A stretch of 64,000 nt of DNA from an uncultured Gemmatimonadales bacterium (GCA_963748815.1 CAVVKJ010000005.1:320001-384000), one strand, 5' to 3'; positions 42,572-53,594 are shown, counted from the first letter of the stretch. Program-made: numbers and translations. The notes: generated from the sequence alone by a model not told the origin.

Positions 42572-43539
42572 GATTCGCCCCAGCCGTCGCCCTGATCATG
42601 CTCGCTGCCTGTGGTCGTGGCGCGCCGGACGCCATCGTCGCGACCGGCACCCTGCAGGTCGATGAGGTCGACATCGGGCCGATTGTCGCCTCGCGCGTCG
42701 TCCGGGTGTTCGTGGAGGAGGGGGACGCCGTCGCCCCGGGCGACACCCTGGTGACCCTGACCCAGGCCACGCTCGCCCCCGACCTCGCCATTCGCGAGGC
42801 TCGGCTGCAGGCGGCGCAGGCGCAGCTGATGGACCTCGAACGGGGGGCACGCCCCGCGGAACTCCAGCGCGCCGAGGCGCAACTGGAAGCCGCCGCCGCC
42901 GAGGCGGAGCGGACGGCGGTCGAACTCCAGCGGGCCCAGCGGCTCATGGAGGCCGGCAACATCAGCCAGCAGCAGCTCGACAACGCCCAGGCCGCGGCGA
43001 CGTCCGCCGCCGCCACCCGCGATGCCGCCGACGCGTCGTTGCGGCTGCTGCGGGAGGGGGCGCGAGTGGAGCAGATCCGCGCGGCGCGCGCCGAGGTGGC
43101 GAGCGCCCGCGGCGCGGTGGCGGCAGTGCAGGCCACGGTGGAGGAACTGGTGCTGATCTCGACCGTGCCCGGAGTGGTGACGGGACGCCACGTGCAGCCG
43201 GGCGAGGTCGTCGGGGCCGGCCAGGCCGCGGTCACGGTGTCGCGCGCGCAGCGCCCCTGGGCGCGCATCTACGTCGGGGAGCGGGTGCTGCCCTTCGTCC
43301 GCGCAGGCCAGGAGGTCGTGGGGGCGCTCGACGGCGTCAACGGGGCGCGCTTCGCCGGCACCGTCGACCACATCAGCACCAGCGCGGAATTCACGCCGCG
43401 GGTGGCCCTCACCGAGCAGGAACGGGCCGACCTGGTCTTCGGGGTGAAGATCTACTTCGAGCCGGATTCGGCCGGGCTGCTCAAGGCGGGGCTGCCCATC
43501 ACCGTCACGATCCCGGTGGCGCCGGCCGACGCGCCATGA
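42568..43539 (+). CDS. HlyD-family membrane fusion lipoprotein (YbhG-like)
   Basis: LAA-C lipobox; VFVEEGDAVAPGD lipoyl-like half; coiled coil; AEFTP. Confidence 0.88.
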   Translation: MRFAPAVALIMLAACGRGAPDAIVATGTLQVDEVDIGPIVASRVVRVFVEEGDAVAPGDTLVTLTQATLAPDLAIREARLQAAQAQLMDLERGARPAELQRAEAQLEAAAAEAERTAVELQRAQRLMEAGNISQQQLDNAQAAATSAAATRDAADASLRLLREGARVEQIRAARAEVASARGAVAAVQATVEELVLISTVPGVVTGRHVQPGEVVGAGQAAVTVSRAQRPWARIYVGERVLPFVRAGQEVVGALDGVNGARFAGTVDHISTSAEFTPRVALTEQERADLVFGVKIYFEPDSAGLLKAGLPITVTIPVAPADAP

Positions 43540-44282
43540 ACGACCACGTCGCGATTCATAGCGAGGGGCTGCGCAAGGTGTTCGGCGGCCTCGCCGCCGT
43601 GGAGGGACTCGACCTGACGGTGGAGCGCGGCGAGGTGTTCGGCCTGCTCGGCCCGAACGGCTCCGGCAAGACGACGACGATCCGGATGCTGACCGGGTTG
43701 ATGGCGCCCTCCAGCGGCCGGGCCTGGGTCGATGGCGTGGACGTGACCGTCGCGCCCGAACAGGTCCGCCGCCGGATCGGGTACATGTCCCAGCGGTTCG
43801 GGCTGTACCACGACATGACCGTGGAAGAGAACATGCGCTTCTACGCCTCGGTCTACGGCCTGCGGGGCGCGGCACGCACGCAACGACTGGACGAACTGGT
43901 GGAGGAGCTGGGGTTCGGGGAGCGGCTGCACCAGATGGCCGGCACGCTGAGCGGCGGGTGGAAACAGCGGCTGGCGCTGGCCTGCGCCACGGCGCACCGG
44001 CCGCGGGTGCTGTTCCTCGACGAGCCGACCGCGGGGGTCGATCCGGCGGCGCGCCGGCAGTTCTGGGAGTTGATCTACGACTTTGCCCGGCGGGGGATCA
44101 CCATTCTCGTGACCACCCACTACATGGATGAAGCCGAGCGCTGCCACCGCCTGGCGTTTCTCTCGCGGGGGCACCTCATTGCGGTGGGGACGGCCGAGGA
44201 AGTGCGGCGGCAGTTCGACCAGCCCAGCATCGAGGATGTGTTCATCGAACTGCAGCGCCGCGACGAGGGGGTCATGGCGTGA
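43536..44282 (+). CDS. ABC-2 transporter ATP-binding protein
   Basis: GPNGSGKTT, LSGGWKQRL, FLDEPTAGVDP, TTHYMDEAE. Confidence 0.93.
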   Translation: MNDHVAIHSEGLRKVFGGLAAVEGLDLTVERGEVFGLLGPNGSGKTTTIRMLTGLMAPSSGRAWVDGVDVTVAPEQVRRRIGYMSQRFGLYHDMTVEENMRFYASVYGLRGAARTQRLDELVEELGFGERLHQMAGTLSGGWKQRLALACATAHRPRVLFLDEPTAGVDPAARRQFWELIYDFARRGITILVTTHYMDEAERCHRLAFLSRGHLIAVGTAEEVRRQFDQPSIEDVFIELQRRDEGVMA

Positions 44283-45409
44283 GCCTCCGCGAACGGATTG
44301 CCGGCTCCACCATCTGGCCGATGCTCTGGAAGGAGTTCGTCCAGATGCGCCGCGACCGCCTCACGCTCGCCATGATGCTCGGCATTCCCGCGCTGCAGCT
44401 CGCGATGTTCGGCTACGCGATCCAGACCGAGGTCCGGCACCTCCCCACCGTGGTGCTCGACGAATCCCGCAGTGCGGAGAGCCTCGCGCTCGTGGACCAG
44501 CTTCGGAACACCGGTAGCTTCGACATCGTGAGGTACGTGGCCGATCGCAGCGCTCTCGACCAGGAAATCCGCGCGGGCCGCGCCATGGCCGGGGTGGTGA
44601 TCCCGCCGACCTATCTCACTGACCTCCGGCGCGGGCGGACCGCGCAGGCCCAGGTCATCGTGGATGCCGCCGACCCGCTCGCCTCGAGCGCCGCCATGTC
44701 CGGTGCGGCCCAAGCGGGCGCCGCGCGCTCCACGGCCATTCTCTTCCACTCGACCGGCCGCGCGCCGCCGATCGAGATTCGGGTGCGCCCCTGGTACAAC
44801 CCCGGTCTCCGGAGCGCGGTGTACATCGTGCCGGGCATCATCGGCGTGCTGCTCAGCATCACGATGATCCTCATCACCTCGATGTCGATCGTCCGCGAGC
44901 GCGAACTGGGCACCCTCGAACAGTTGATCGTCACACCCATCGACAAGACCAGCCTGATGCTGGGCAAGATCCTGCCCTTCGTGCTGGTGGGGTACGTCCA
45001 GATGACGGTCATCCTGATCCTGGGGCGGCTCCTCTTCGATGTCCCCATCCGGGGGAGCCTGCCCCTGTTGTACCTCATGACCCTGGCCTTCATCGTCGCG
45101 AGTCTCGGCATGGGACTCTTCATCTCGACCGTGGCCCGCACCCAGGCCCAGGCGCTGCAGCTCGGATACTTCTTCCTGCTGCCGAACATCCTGTTGTCCG
45201 GATTCATGTTTCCGCGAGAAGCGATGCCCGTGGCGGCGCAGTGGATCGGCCTCGCGCTCCCGCTGACCCACTTCCTGAAGGTGTTGCGCGGCATCATCCT
45301 GAAGGACGTCGGGGTGGTGGAACTCTGGATGCCAACGCTGTGGCTCGTCGCGCTGGCGTCGATCTTTATTGCGCTCAGCGTGCGGAGGTTCAGCAAGCGG
45401 ATTGAATAG
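44279..45409 (+). CDS. ABC-2 transporter permease (YbhR/S-like)
   Basis: KEFVQMRRD, WYNP, IVRERELGTLEQLIVTP, LSGFMFP. Confidence 0.92.
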   Translation: MSLRERIAGSTIWPMLWKEFVQMRRDRLTLAMMLGIPALQLAMFGYAIQTEVRHLPTVVLDESRSAESLALVDQLRNTGSFDIVRYVADRSALDQEIRAGRAMAGVVIPPTYLTDLRRGRTAQAQVIVDAADPLASSAAMSGAAQAGAARSTAILFHSTGRAPPIEIRVRPWYNPGLRSAVYIVPGIIGVLLSITMILITSMSIVRERELGTLEQLIVTPIDKTSLMLGKILPFVLVGYVQMTVILILGRLLFDVPIRGSLPLLYLMTLAFIVASLGMGLFISTVARTQAQALQLGYFFLLPNILLSGFMFPREAMPVAAQWIGLALPLTHFLKVLRGIILKDVGVVELWMPTLWLVALASIFIALSVRRFSKRIE

Positions 45410-45528
45410 GCGGGGCCGGGGGGCCGGGGGGCCGCGGGGGCCGCAACGACCTGGGGCCGTCACCCCGGCGAAAGCCGGGGTCCATGTAACCACAGAGAAA
45501 ATGGATCCCGGCTTGCGCCGGGATGACG
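45401..45528 (+). repeat. Composite repeat copy 2: AATAG + G-rich tract + paired CGTC-type REP
   Basis: ATTGAATAGGCGGGGCCGGGGGGC; CGTCACCCCGGCGAAAGCCGGGGTCCA (45458-45484) and inverted partner TGGATCCCGGCTTGCGCCGGGATGACG (to 45528). Confidence 0.8.
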
Positions 45529-45545
45529 ATCATTCCTGTCCCGTC

Positions 45546-46289
45546 TCAGTATCGTCGCGTTCTCACCTGCAGCCCCAATGCCCCGTTCAGCCACCGCACC
45601 AGGGGGCGGAGTGCCTTGAAATCCGCGGCCAGGGTCGAGACCAGCCGCGGGCTCGTCACGAGGGCCGGCGGGAGCGCCCGCGAAACGATGAACGACTTGT
45701 AGCGCAGCCACTCCTCCGCCGGGTGCCCGGGGGCAAACCCGCGCGGCAGCCGCTTCAGCATCGCGTCCTCACTCAGCCTCCCGTACCGTCGACGGAACGC
45801 GGGCGCGCGGACGATGTTCGCGAACTCCGCCGGGTCCTCGGCGATGGCCGCGCGCAGCGTGGTGAGCGAGCCGGGGGCCGGCATCCAGATCCCGCCCGCC
45901 ACGAAGCAGCCTCCCGGTTCCAGGTGGACGTAATAGCCGGCGCCCCCCTCCGCGTCCTGCCCGACCCCCCGCCCGGCGTCCTGGTGGTAGAACCAGCAAC
46001 CGGCATTCGTCTTGTACGGCGACTTGTCCTTCGAGAAGCGGACGTCCCGGTGGATCCGGAACATCGAGCGGCGAGGATCGCCGATGATCTCCGGCGCGAT
46101 CGCCGCCAGGCGGACGTCCAGCGCCTCCACCAGCGCCGCCATCGGCCTCCGCAGGTTCTCCTCATACCGGGCCCGGTTGGCGGTGAACCACTCCCGATTG
46201 TTGTGCCGCGCGAGCGCGCGGAGAAAGGCGAGGGCATCGGGGCCGATGACGGCGTGCGGTGCCCCCTTCGGTACGGGCTTCCTCGGCAT
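45546..46289 (-). CDS. DUF2461 / TIGR02453-family protein
   Basis: FLRALARHNNREWF, FRIHRDVRFSKDKSPYK, LKRLPRGF, LRYKSF. Confidence 0.88.
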   Translation of the reverse strand: MPRKPVPKGAPHAVIGPDALAFLRALARHNNREWFTANRARYEENLRRPMAALVEALDVRLAAIAPEIIGDPRRSMFRIHRDVRFSKDKSPYKTNAGCWFYHQDAGRGVGQDAEGGAGYYVHLEPGGCFVAGGIWMPAPGSLTTLRAAIAEDPAEFANIVRAPAFRRRYGRLSEDAMLKRLPRGFAPGHPAEEWLRYKSFIVSRALPPALVTSPRLVSTLAADFKALRPLVRWLNGALGLQVRTRRY

Positions 46290-46408
46290 GGGTAATACAC
46301 TCCTTGGTCGGATCGCTTGCCCTCGACCTGCATGGCGTCCTACAATTATGCCATCAGTCACCGCATGGCGCCGAGGGCGTCGATGCGTCCTCTCCCCGAT
46401 GAGGTGTC

Positions 46409-48109
46409 ATGGTCTCCACCCCGCCGCCCGCCGCCGTCGCGACGCCCGTCGTCGCGCCCCATGGGCGACGTGGACTGGGGTGGGCGCTGCCCTCGCCGCG
46501 GCGGCTCATTGCCTGGCTCTTCGCGGCGCGGATGGTCCTGGCGGTCGCCACCTTGCTCGGCGCGTCGCTCTCCTGGACTCGCTCCCCCGACATCTCGTTC
46601 ATCGTCACGATCTCGGTGCTGTTCGCCTTCACCGTCACCGCCTACGGGTGGTGGGCGGTCTGGATCAAGAACCGGGAGACCGGGCCGCTCTTCCTGACCG
46701 TTCAGGCCGTGGTGGACCTCGGGCTCGTCACCACCCTCGTCCACTTTACAGGCGGGGCGGACAGCCCGCTCTCGGCGCTGTACGTCGTGGTGCTGGCCGC
46801 GTATGCGGTGCTGCTCCCGCTCTGGGTCGGAATCATCGTCTCGCTGCTGGCCAGCGCGCTCTACTTCCTGGCCGGGATGCTCGGCGGCGGCGGACTCGGC
46901 CTCCCGTTCTGGGGGCAGGTCGTCATCTTCAACACCGTCTTCGGCATCGTGGCCGCGCTGGGTGCGCGGCTCCGGCAGGCCGGTGCGGAGCAGGACACCC
47001 TCGAACTGGAGCTGCGCCGGGTCCGGCTCGAGGCGGACGACATCCTCCTCAACATCCGGTCGGGGGTGCTCACCGTCGACGGCTTCGGGCGCCTCGCGTT
47101 CATCAACCCGACCGCCGAACGACTCCTGGGCATCGACGGGAGCACGCAGGTCGGGTTGCCGGTGCTCGATCACCTGAAGTCCAAGAGCTCGGAGCTGTGG
47201 GCCTGCCTGGTGGCCGGCATCCGGAGCGGCCGCAAGGTCAACCGCGCCGAGGGGATCGTCTTCCGGGCGGACGGCAGCTCGTTCCCGATCGGTCTGATGA
47301 CGACCACCTTTGCGCGCGAAACCGCGCAGCACCCCTCCGTCACTGCGCTCTTCAACGATATCTCGGAGAGCAAGCACCTGCAGGAACTCCACCTGCGCGC
47401 CGAACGGCTGGAGGCGGTCGCGTCGTTGAGCGCCTCGCTGGCGCACGAGATCCGGAATCCCCTTGCCTCGATCAGGAGCTCGGTCGAGCAGCTGGCCGCG
47501 GCCACCGGCGCCGGCGACGACGAGCGGGTGCTGGCCACGCTCATCGTGCGGGAAGCCGACCGGCTGAGCCGGCTGCTCAGCGAGTTCCTCGACTTTTCCC
47601 GGGTCCGCGCCGCGCGGCGGGAGGCGGTGGACCTCCGGGAGATTGCGACGGCCGCCGTCCACCTCGTCGAGGCGCATCCCGACTGCCACGCCGACACGGT
47701 GCTCCAGGTCAAGGGTGCCGCCACCATCATCGACGCGGACGAGGACCTGCTGCACCGGGTCATCGCGAACCTGGTGCTGAACGCGGTGCAGGCGGCCGCG
47801 GGTCCGGTGCAGGTCACGGTTTCGATCGGGCCCGCCATGCAGAGCGACGTCCCGCGGGGCAGCGGCATCGAGTCGCCGATTCGCCTGGACGTGCAGGACG
47901 ACGGCCCAGGGATTCCGGTCGACATCTCAGACCGGCTCTTCCAGCCCTTCGTGAGCGGCCGGCCCGGCGGCAGCGGCCTCGGCCTCGCCATCGTCCAGCG
48001 GGCGGTGGAGGCGCACCGGGGTTTGATTACGGTGACCTCGGCGCTCGGCGAGGGCACCACCTTCACCATATTCCTGCCCGCCAAATGGTCGGCTGAGGAA
48101 GACGAATGA
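46409..48109 (+). CDS. pilS: Sensor histidine kinase, PilS-like (multi-TM, PAS, HisKA, HATPase)
   Basis: TGGADSP in the TM region, LAHEIRNPL, NLVLNAVQA, DDGPGI, GSGLGL; directly upstream of pilR and pilin. Confidence 0.85.
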   Translation: MVSTPPPAAVATPVVAPHGRRGLGWALPSPRRLIAWLFAARMVLAVATLLGASLSWTRSPDISFIVTISVLFAFTVTAYGWWAVWIKNRETGPLFLTVQAVVDLGLVTTLVHFTGGADSPLSALYVVVLAAYAVLLPLWVGIIVSLLASALYFLAGMLGGGGLGLPFWGQVVIFNTVFGIVAALGARLRQAGAEQDTLELELRRVRLEADDILLNIRSGVLTVDGFGRLAFINPTAERLLGIDGSTQVGLPVLDHLKSKSSELWACLVAGIRSGRKVNRAEGIVFRADGSSFPIGLMTTTFARETAQHPSVTALFNDISESKHLQELHLRAERLEAVASLSASLAHEIRNPLASIRSSVEQLAAATGAGDDERVLATLIVREADRLSRLLSEFLDFSRVRAARREAVDLREIATAAVHLVEAHPDCHADTVLQVKGAATIIDADEDLLHRVIANLVLNAVQAAAGPVQVTVSIGPAMQSDVPRGSGIESPIRLDVQDDGPGIPVDISDRLFQPFVSGRPGGSGLGLAIVQRAVEAHRGLITVTSALGEGTTFTIFLPAKWSAEEDE

Positions 48110-49488
48110 GCACCCAGCCCACGCTGTTGATCGTCGACGACGAATCCGGCATCCTCGACACCCTCCGCATCCTCCTCAAGAAGGAGGGGTTCGAGGTCAC
48201 CACGGCCCAGGGCGGCAAGGCGGGGCTGGAGGCGATCCGGACCGGCCAGTTCGACATCGTGCTGAGCGACGTCCGGATGCCGCAGGTGACCGGCATCGAC
48301 ATCCTCCAGGCCGCCCGCGACCAGGACCCGATGACGCCGGTGATCCTGATGACGGCGCAGGCCTCCCTGCAGACCGCCATCGGGGCGGTCAACGCCGGCG
48401 CCTTCTACTACATCCAGAAGCCGTTTGCGAACGACGAGCTGCTCGCGATCCTGCGCCGGGCCGCCGAGTTCCGGTCGGTGCGGGTGGAGAACAAGCAGCT
48501 CAAGCAGGAGATCAAGCGTCGGGATCGGGGCGGCACCACCCGCCCGATCGGGAAGTCGAAGCGCTTCCTCGATGTGCTGAAGCTCGCGGAACAGGTGGCG
48601 CCCACGGACTCGACCGTGCTGATCGGCGGGGAAAGCGGCACCGGCAAGGAGGTCGTGGCCCGGCATATCCACTACCTCTCCGACCGCGCGGAAGGGCCCT
48701 TCTTCAGCATCAACTGCGGTGCGCTGCCGGAGAACCTGCTGGAGAGCGAGCTCTTCGGGCACGTGAAGGGATCGTTCACCGGCGCGGTGCGCGACAAGCA
48801 GGGGCTGTTTGCGGCTGCGCGGGGGGGGACGTTCTTCCTTGACGAAGTCGGCGAGATGCCCCCCTCGCTCCAGATCAAGCTGCTCCGCGTCCTCCAGGAG
48901 CGCGAGGTCATTCCGGTGGGCGCCACCGAGGCGATCCCGGTGGATGTCCGGATCGTGGCGGCCACCAACCGGGAGCTCGAGGAGGAGATCCGGCGCGGAA
49001 CCTTCCGGTCGGATCTCTTCTACCGCCTGAACGTCATTGCGCTCGACCTGCCGCCGCTCCGCGACCGGCGCGACGACCTCCTCCTCCTGGTCGAGTGGTT
49101 CCTGCAGGGAATGGCGACGCAGTCCGGCACCGAGCCGAAGGCGCTCTCGTCGGAGGCGCTCGACGCCGTGATGGTCTACGACTGGCCCGGCAACGTCCGC
49201 GAGCTCGAGAACGCGCTGGAGCACTCGGTCGTGCTGACGCGCGGCAACCTGATCGAGCCGCAGCACCTCCCCGAGCGGATCACCCGGCGCCGCAAGGAGC
49301 CGCTGGTGACGGATCGCTCCTACAAGAACCCGGCGCTGGACGTCATCGAGCGGGCGTACATCATGTGGGTCCTCCAGGCCGAGGGAGGCAACAAGACCCG
49401 GGCGGCGGAGGTCCTGGGAATCGACCCCTCCACCTTATATAGGAAGCTCAGCCGGTACGAGGAAACGGCGGCGCCGGCAGCGGAATAG
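48106..49488 (+). CDS. pilR: sigma54-dependent response regulator, PilR-like
   Basis: Receiver domain; GESGTGKE; ESELFGHVKGSFTGA; WPGNVREL; Fis-type HTH. Confidence 0.85.
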   Translation: MSTQPTLLIVDDESGILDTLRILLKKEGFEVTTAQGGKAGLEAIRTGQFDIVLSDVRMPQVTGIDILQAARDQDPMTPVILMTAQASLQTAIGAVNAGAFYYIQKPFANDELLAILRRAAEFRSVRVENKQLKQEIKRRDRGGTTRPIGKSKRFLDVLKLAEQVAPTDSTVLIGGESGTGKEVVARHIHYLSDRAEGPFFSINCGALPENLLESELFGHVKGSFTGAVRDKQGLFAAARGGTFFLDEVGEMPPSLQIKLLRVLQEREVIPVGATEAIPVDVRIVAATNRELEEEIRRGTFRSDLFYRLNVIALDLPPLRDRRDDLLLLVEWFLQGMATQSGTEPKALSSEALDAVMVYDWPGNVRELENALEHSVVLTRGNLIEPQHLPERITRRRKEPLVTDRSYKNPALDVIERAYIMWVLQAEGGNKTRAAEVLGIDPSTLYRKLSRYEETAAPAAE

Positions 49489-49527
49489 GGCGGGGCAGGG
49501 AGGCCGCGGGTCCGGAAAATCGGAACG

Positions 49528-49663
49528 TCGTCACCCCGGCCCCGTCGTCATCCCGGCCCCCTCGTCACCCCGCCCCCGTCGTCACCCCAGCCCCCTCGTC
49601 ACCCCCGCGAAAGCGGGGGTCCAGTGAGTAGGCCTCTGGATTCCCGCTTGCGCGGGAATGACG
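49528..49663 (+). repeat. Four tandem 17-bp copies of the REP 5' end, then a paired CGTC-type REP
   Basis: TCGTCACCCCGGCCCCG-like units at 49528, 49545, 49562 and 49579; then CGTCACCCCCGCGAAAGCGGGGGTCCAG ... CTGGATTCCCGCTTGCGCGGGAATGACG. Confidence 0.8.
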
Positions 49664-49679
49664 AGGTCGTGAGCTTCGG

Positions 49680-49735
49680 CCCCGCTTCCCCGCTTCCCCG
49701 CTTCCCCGCTTCCCCGCTTCCCCGCTTCCCCGCTT
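49680..49735. repeat. Octamer tandem repeat (CCCCGCTT)x7
   Basis: Seven exact copies read directly. Confidence 0.95.
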
Positions 49736-49811
49736 CCCCCGGCCCCCGCCCTTGCAAAATCCCCCGCCAACGGCTTGCAACCCGCCATGCAATCTCCTGC
49801 GCACTATCCTG

Positions 49812-49869
49812 TAACTCATTGTGAATAAAATGGTTATGGCGTCGCTCAGGCAGGTGGCATAGTCGTTGC
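49812..49869 (+). promoter_or_regulatory. IHF-like box and sigma54 promoter of pilA
   Basis: TAACTCATTGTGAATAAAATGGTTA (49812-49836); TGGCAT-AGTCG-TTGC (49855-49869). Confidence 0.85.
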
Positions 49870-49956
49870 CTTTCCATCGGCCCGGGAAGGAAGTAGATGG
49901 GACCGATCACGGTCAGCAGCATAGTGCAGGATTCATTCTCTCTGGAGGTTGTACCC

Positions 49957-50367
49957 ATGTTGAACCGCAAGGGCTTTACCCTGATCGAGCTGCTGATTGT
50001 CGTCGTCATCATCGGCATTCTGGCAGCCATCGCGATCCCGAAGTTCGCGAGCACCAAGGAAAAGGCGTACCTGGCCTCGATGAAGTCCGACCTTCGTAAC
50101 CTCGCGACCACCGAGGAAGGCTTCTTCGCCGACAACCAGGTGTACACCGCGATCGCCGCGTCGAACGTTGCCGGCGCCGCCACGCCGGACGCCGCCACCG
50201 GCTTCGTGCCGTCGGCTGGCGTGACCATCGCCGCCGCGCTCAGCGGCGCCGGCTGGACCGCGACGACCACGCACGGCTCGACCACCAAGACGTGCGACAT
50301 CTTCGTCGGCATCGCGGGCCCGTACAACAACGCGACCGTCGAAGGCGAGCCGAAGTGCACGCCGTAA
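49957..50367 (+). CDS. pilA: Major type IVa pilin
   Basis: MLNRKG/FTLIELLIVVVIIGILAAIAIP; C-terminal Cys pair; GGAGG RBS; own sigma54 promoter and terminator. Confidence 0.92.
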   Translation: MLNRKGFTLIELLIVVVIIGILAAIAIPKFASTKEKAYLASMKSDLRNLATTEEGFFADNQVYTAIAASNVAGAATPDAATGFVPSAGVTIAAALSGAGWTATTTHGSTTKTCDIFVGIAGPYNNATVEGEPKCTP

Positions 50368-50394
50368 TCTCGGCCTAGCACTGGACTCTGAATC

Positions 50395-50426
50395 GGGGCG
50401 GCGGTCCACGGGTCGCCGTCCCTTTT
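50395..50426 (+). terminator. Rho-independent terminator after pilA
   Basis: GGGGCGGCGGTC-CACG-GGTCGCCGTCCC-TTTT. Confidence 0.75.
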
Positions 50427-50538
50427 CACACCCTCTCACAGGATCTCACTCATGCGCGAAGACATTCGGCTGGACCCGACGAAGCAGGCGCGAGGCGCCG
50501 CACCGGCGAGCCTCGTGTTCGCCCGGCGAGCCCCGGCG

Positions 50539-50925
50539 ATGAATCGCGCCGGCTTCACCCTGATCGAGTTGCTCATCGTCGTGGTGATCATCGGGATCCT
50601 GGCCTCCATCGCCATCCCCAAGTTCGGGAGCACGAAGGAGCGCGCGTACCTCGCCAAGATGAAGGGCGACCTTCGGAATCTGGCGACCGCGCAGGAGTCG
50701 TACGCCAGCGATAACCAGGTCTACTACGGCGGCGCCGTCCCGAATCCGATCCTGGCGTACAATCCGTCGAGCGGGACCATCATCACGATCACCGAGGCCA
50801 CCGCCGGCGGGTGGAGCGCCACGGCGGCCTATCCGGTGACGCCGAAGACCTGCGCGGTCTTCTTCGGAGCCGCCACGCCAGTGGCGCCGGCGACCTCCGA
50901 AGGGCAGATCGCCTGCGACCCCTGA
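50539..50925 (+). CDS. Second type IVa pilin paralogue
   Basis: MNRAG/FTLIELLIVVVIIGILASIAIP; same Cys pair (KTC...EGQIAC). Confidence 0.9.
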   Translation: MNRAGFTLIELLIVVVIIGILASIAIPKFGSTKERAYLAKMKGDLRNLATAQESYASDNQVYYGGAVPNPILAYNPSSGTIITITEATAGGWSATAAYPVTPKTCAVFFGAATPVAPATSEGQIACDP

Positions 50926-50938
50926 CGGGGAGCGAGAC

Positions 50939-52133
50939 GTGACCCGGAGTTCGGGGCCGCCACGCGACGGGCCGCCTGGCGGCACGCCGGGCGGCCCGCT
51001 CCGTTCGCTCCGGACCGAGCTCCTCTTCAACCTCGCGTTCCTCACCTCCGCGGCGGTGGTCCTCGCCAGCCTGACGACGCTCCTCGTCGCCTCGCTGGAC
51101 CCGGACGCCGCCGTCTGGGCGCTCTGGATTCTCTGGGCCGCGAGCACGGTGCTCTTCGTGCTCTTCGGCCGCCACCTGGTCCAGCGACTGGTGCTGCGGC
51201 CGCTCAGCGAACTCTCCGCCGAGGCGGACCGCCTGGCGAGCGGGGACATCTCCGCGCCCCCGCAGTCGTTCGAAACTCGCGAACTCGCGCACCTCGCCGA
51301 CCGCTTTCACTCGATGGCCGAGCAACTCCTCGACGTGCAGAGCCAGGCGGTGCGCGCGGAAAAACTGGCCGGCGTGGGTCGACTCGCCGCCGGCGTGGCG
51401 CACGAAATCCGCAATCCCCTCGGCGCGTTCGGCACCTACGTCGAGGTGCTCCGCCAGCGCGGCGCCGACGCCGCGCTGGTCGACGGCATGCGCCGCGAAG
51501 TCGCCCGCATGGATCGGATCGTCGAGGGGCTGCTCGACTATGCGCGCCCCGGTGCGCCCTCCGGCAGCGCCGCGCTCGCCGAGGTCGCGCGGGATGTCGT
51601 CGGATTTCTCGGCGACCAGGGCGCGCTCAAGGCGCACGAGGTCGTGCTCGAGGTGAGCGATTCGCTCCGCCCCGTCCGCGGCGATCGGAAGGCGCTCGAA
51701 CAGGTGCTCGTCAACCTGGTGCTGAACGCCCGGGACGCCTCCCCGGCCGGGGGGCGGATCTGGGTGGGCGCCGTGCCGAAAACCTTTGTTCCTCGCAACG
51801 TGCCAGAACATCGGGCGGCGGACGGGAATGGGGCCGGGGAGGCCCCGGAACGCCCCGGAGCGGCCGGCAGGCGCCCCTGGCGGCCCGACCTCCCCTCAGG
51901 CACCGCAGGGGGCCTGCTCTACGTGGCCGACGAGGGCCCTGGTGTGCCCGAGGATGAGCGTGAGCGCATTTTCGACCCCTTCTACACCACCAAGGACCCC
52001 GGCAAGGGCACGGGGCTCGGTCTGGCCATCGTGGCGCGGACTGTGCATGACGCTGGGGGCGTAGTCTGGGTGGACCGCGCCCGCGAGGGCGGGGCGGTGT
52101 TCAAGGTATTCCTGCCACAGGCAGAGGCGGTTG

Positions 52134-52153
<20 letters not shown>
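50939..52153 (+). CDS. HAMP-containing sensor histidine kinase (PilS2-like)
   Basis: Two TMs, HAMP, AEKLAGVGRLAAGVAHEIRNPL, FDPFYTTK..GKGTGLGL. Confidence 0.88.
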
Positions 52154-53518
<1,365 letters not shown>

Positions 53519-53522
<4 letters not shown>

Positions 53523-53594
53523 GGGCACGGCATGCCGTGCCAGATAGGGTCGTCCCCCCTCTCCACATGGTGGAGAGGGGGTCAGGGGGTGAGG
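53519..53594 (+). repeat. Degenerate GTAG-type palindrome plus CCCCTCTCC-type repeat copy 2
   Basis: GTAAG-GGCACGGCATGCCGTGCC (to 53541); CCCCCTCTCCACATGGTGGAGAGGGGGTCAGGGGGTGAGG (53555-53594). Confidence 0.7.

Noticed and set aside
36443..45400. Prophage, IS or integrative element
   Set aside because: No integrase, transposase or phage gene, and no obvious compositional shift; only flanking repeats.
48766..48786. GSFTGA instead of GAFTGA as an inactive PilR
   Set aside because: GSFTGA is a common functional variant in sigma54 activators.
49528..49735. CRISPR array
   Set aside because: Units of 17 and 8 bp are contiguous with no unique spacers, and no cas genes are present.
49957..50367. 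Geobacter-type short conductive e-pilin
   Set aside because: The pilin is full length (~130 aa mature) with a globular head and unremarkable aromatic content.
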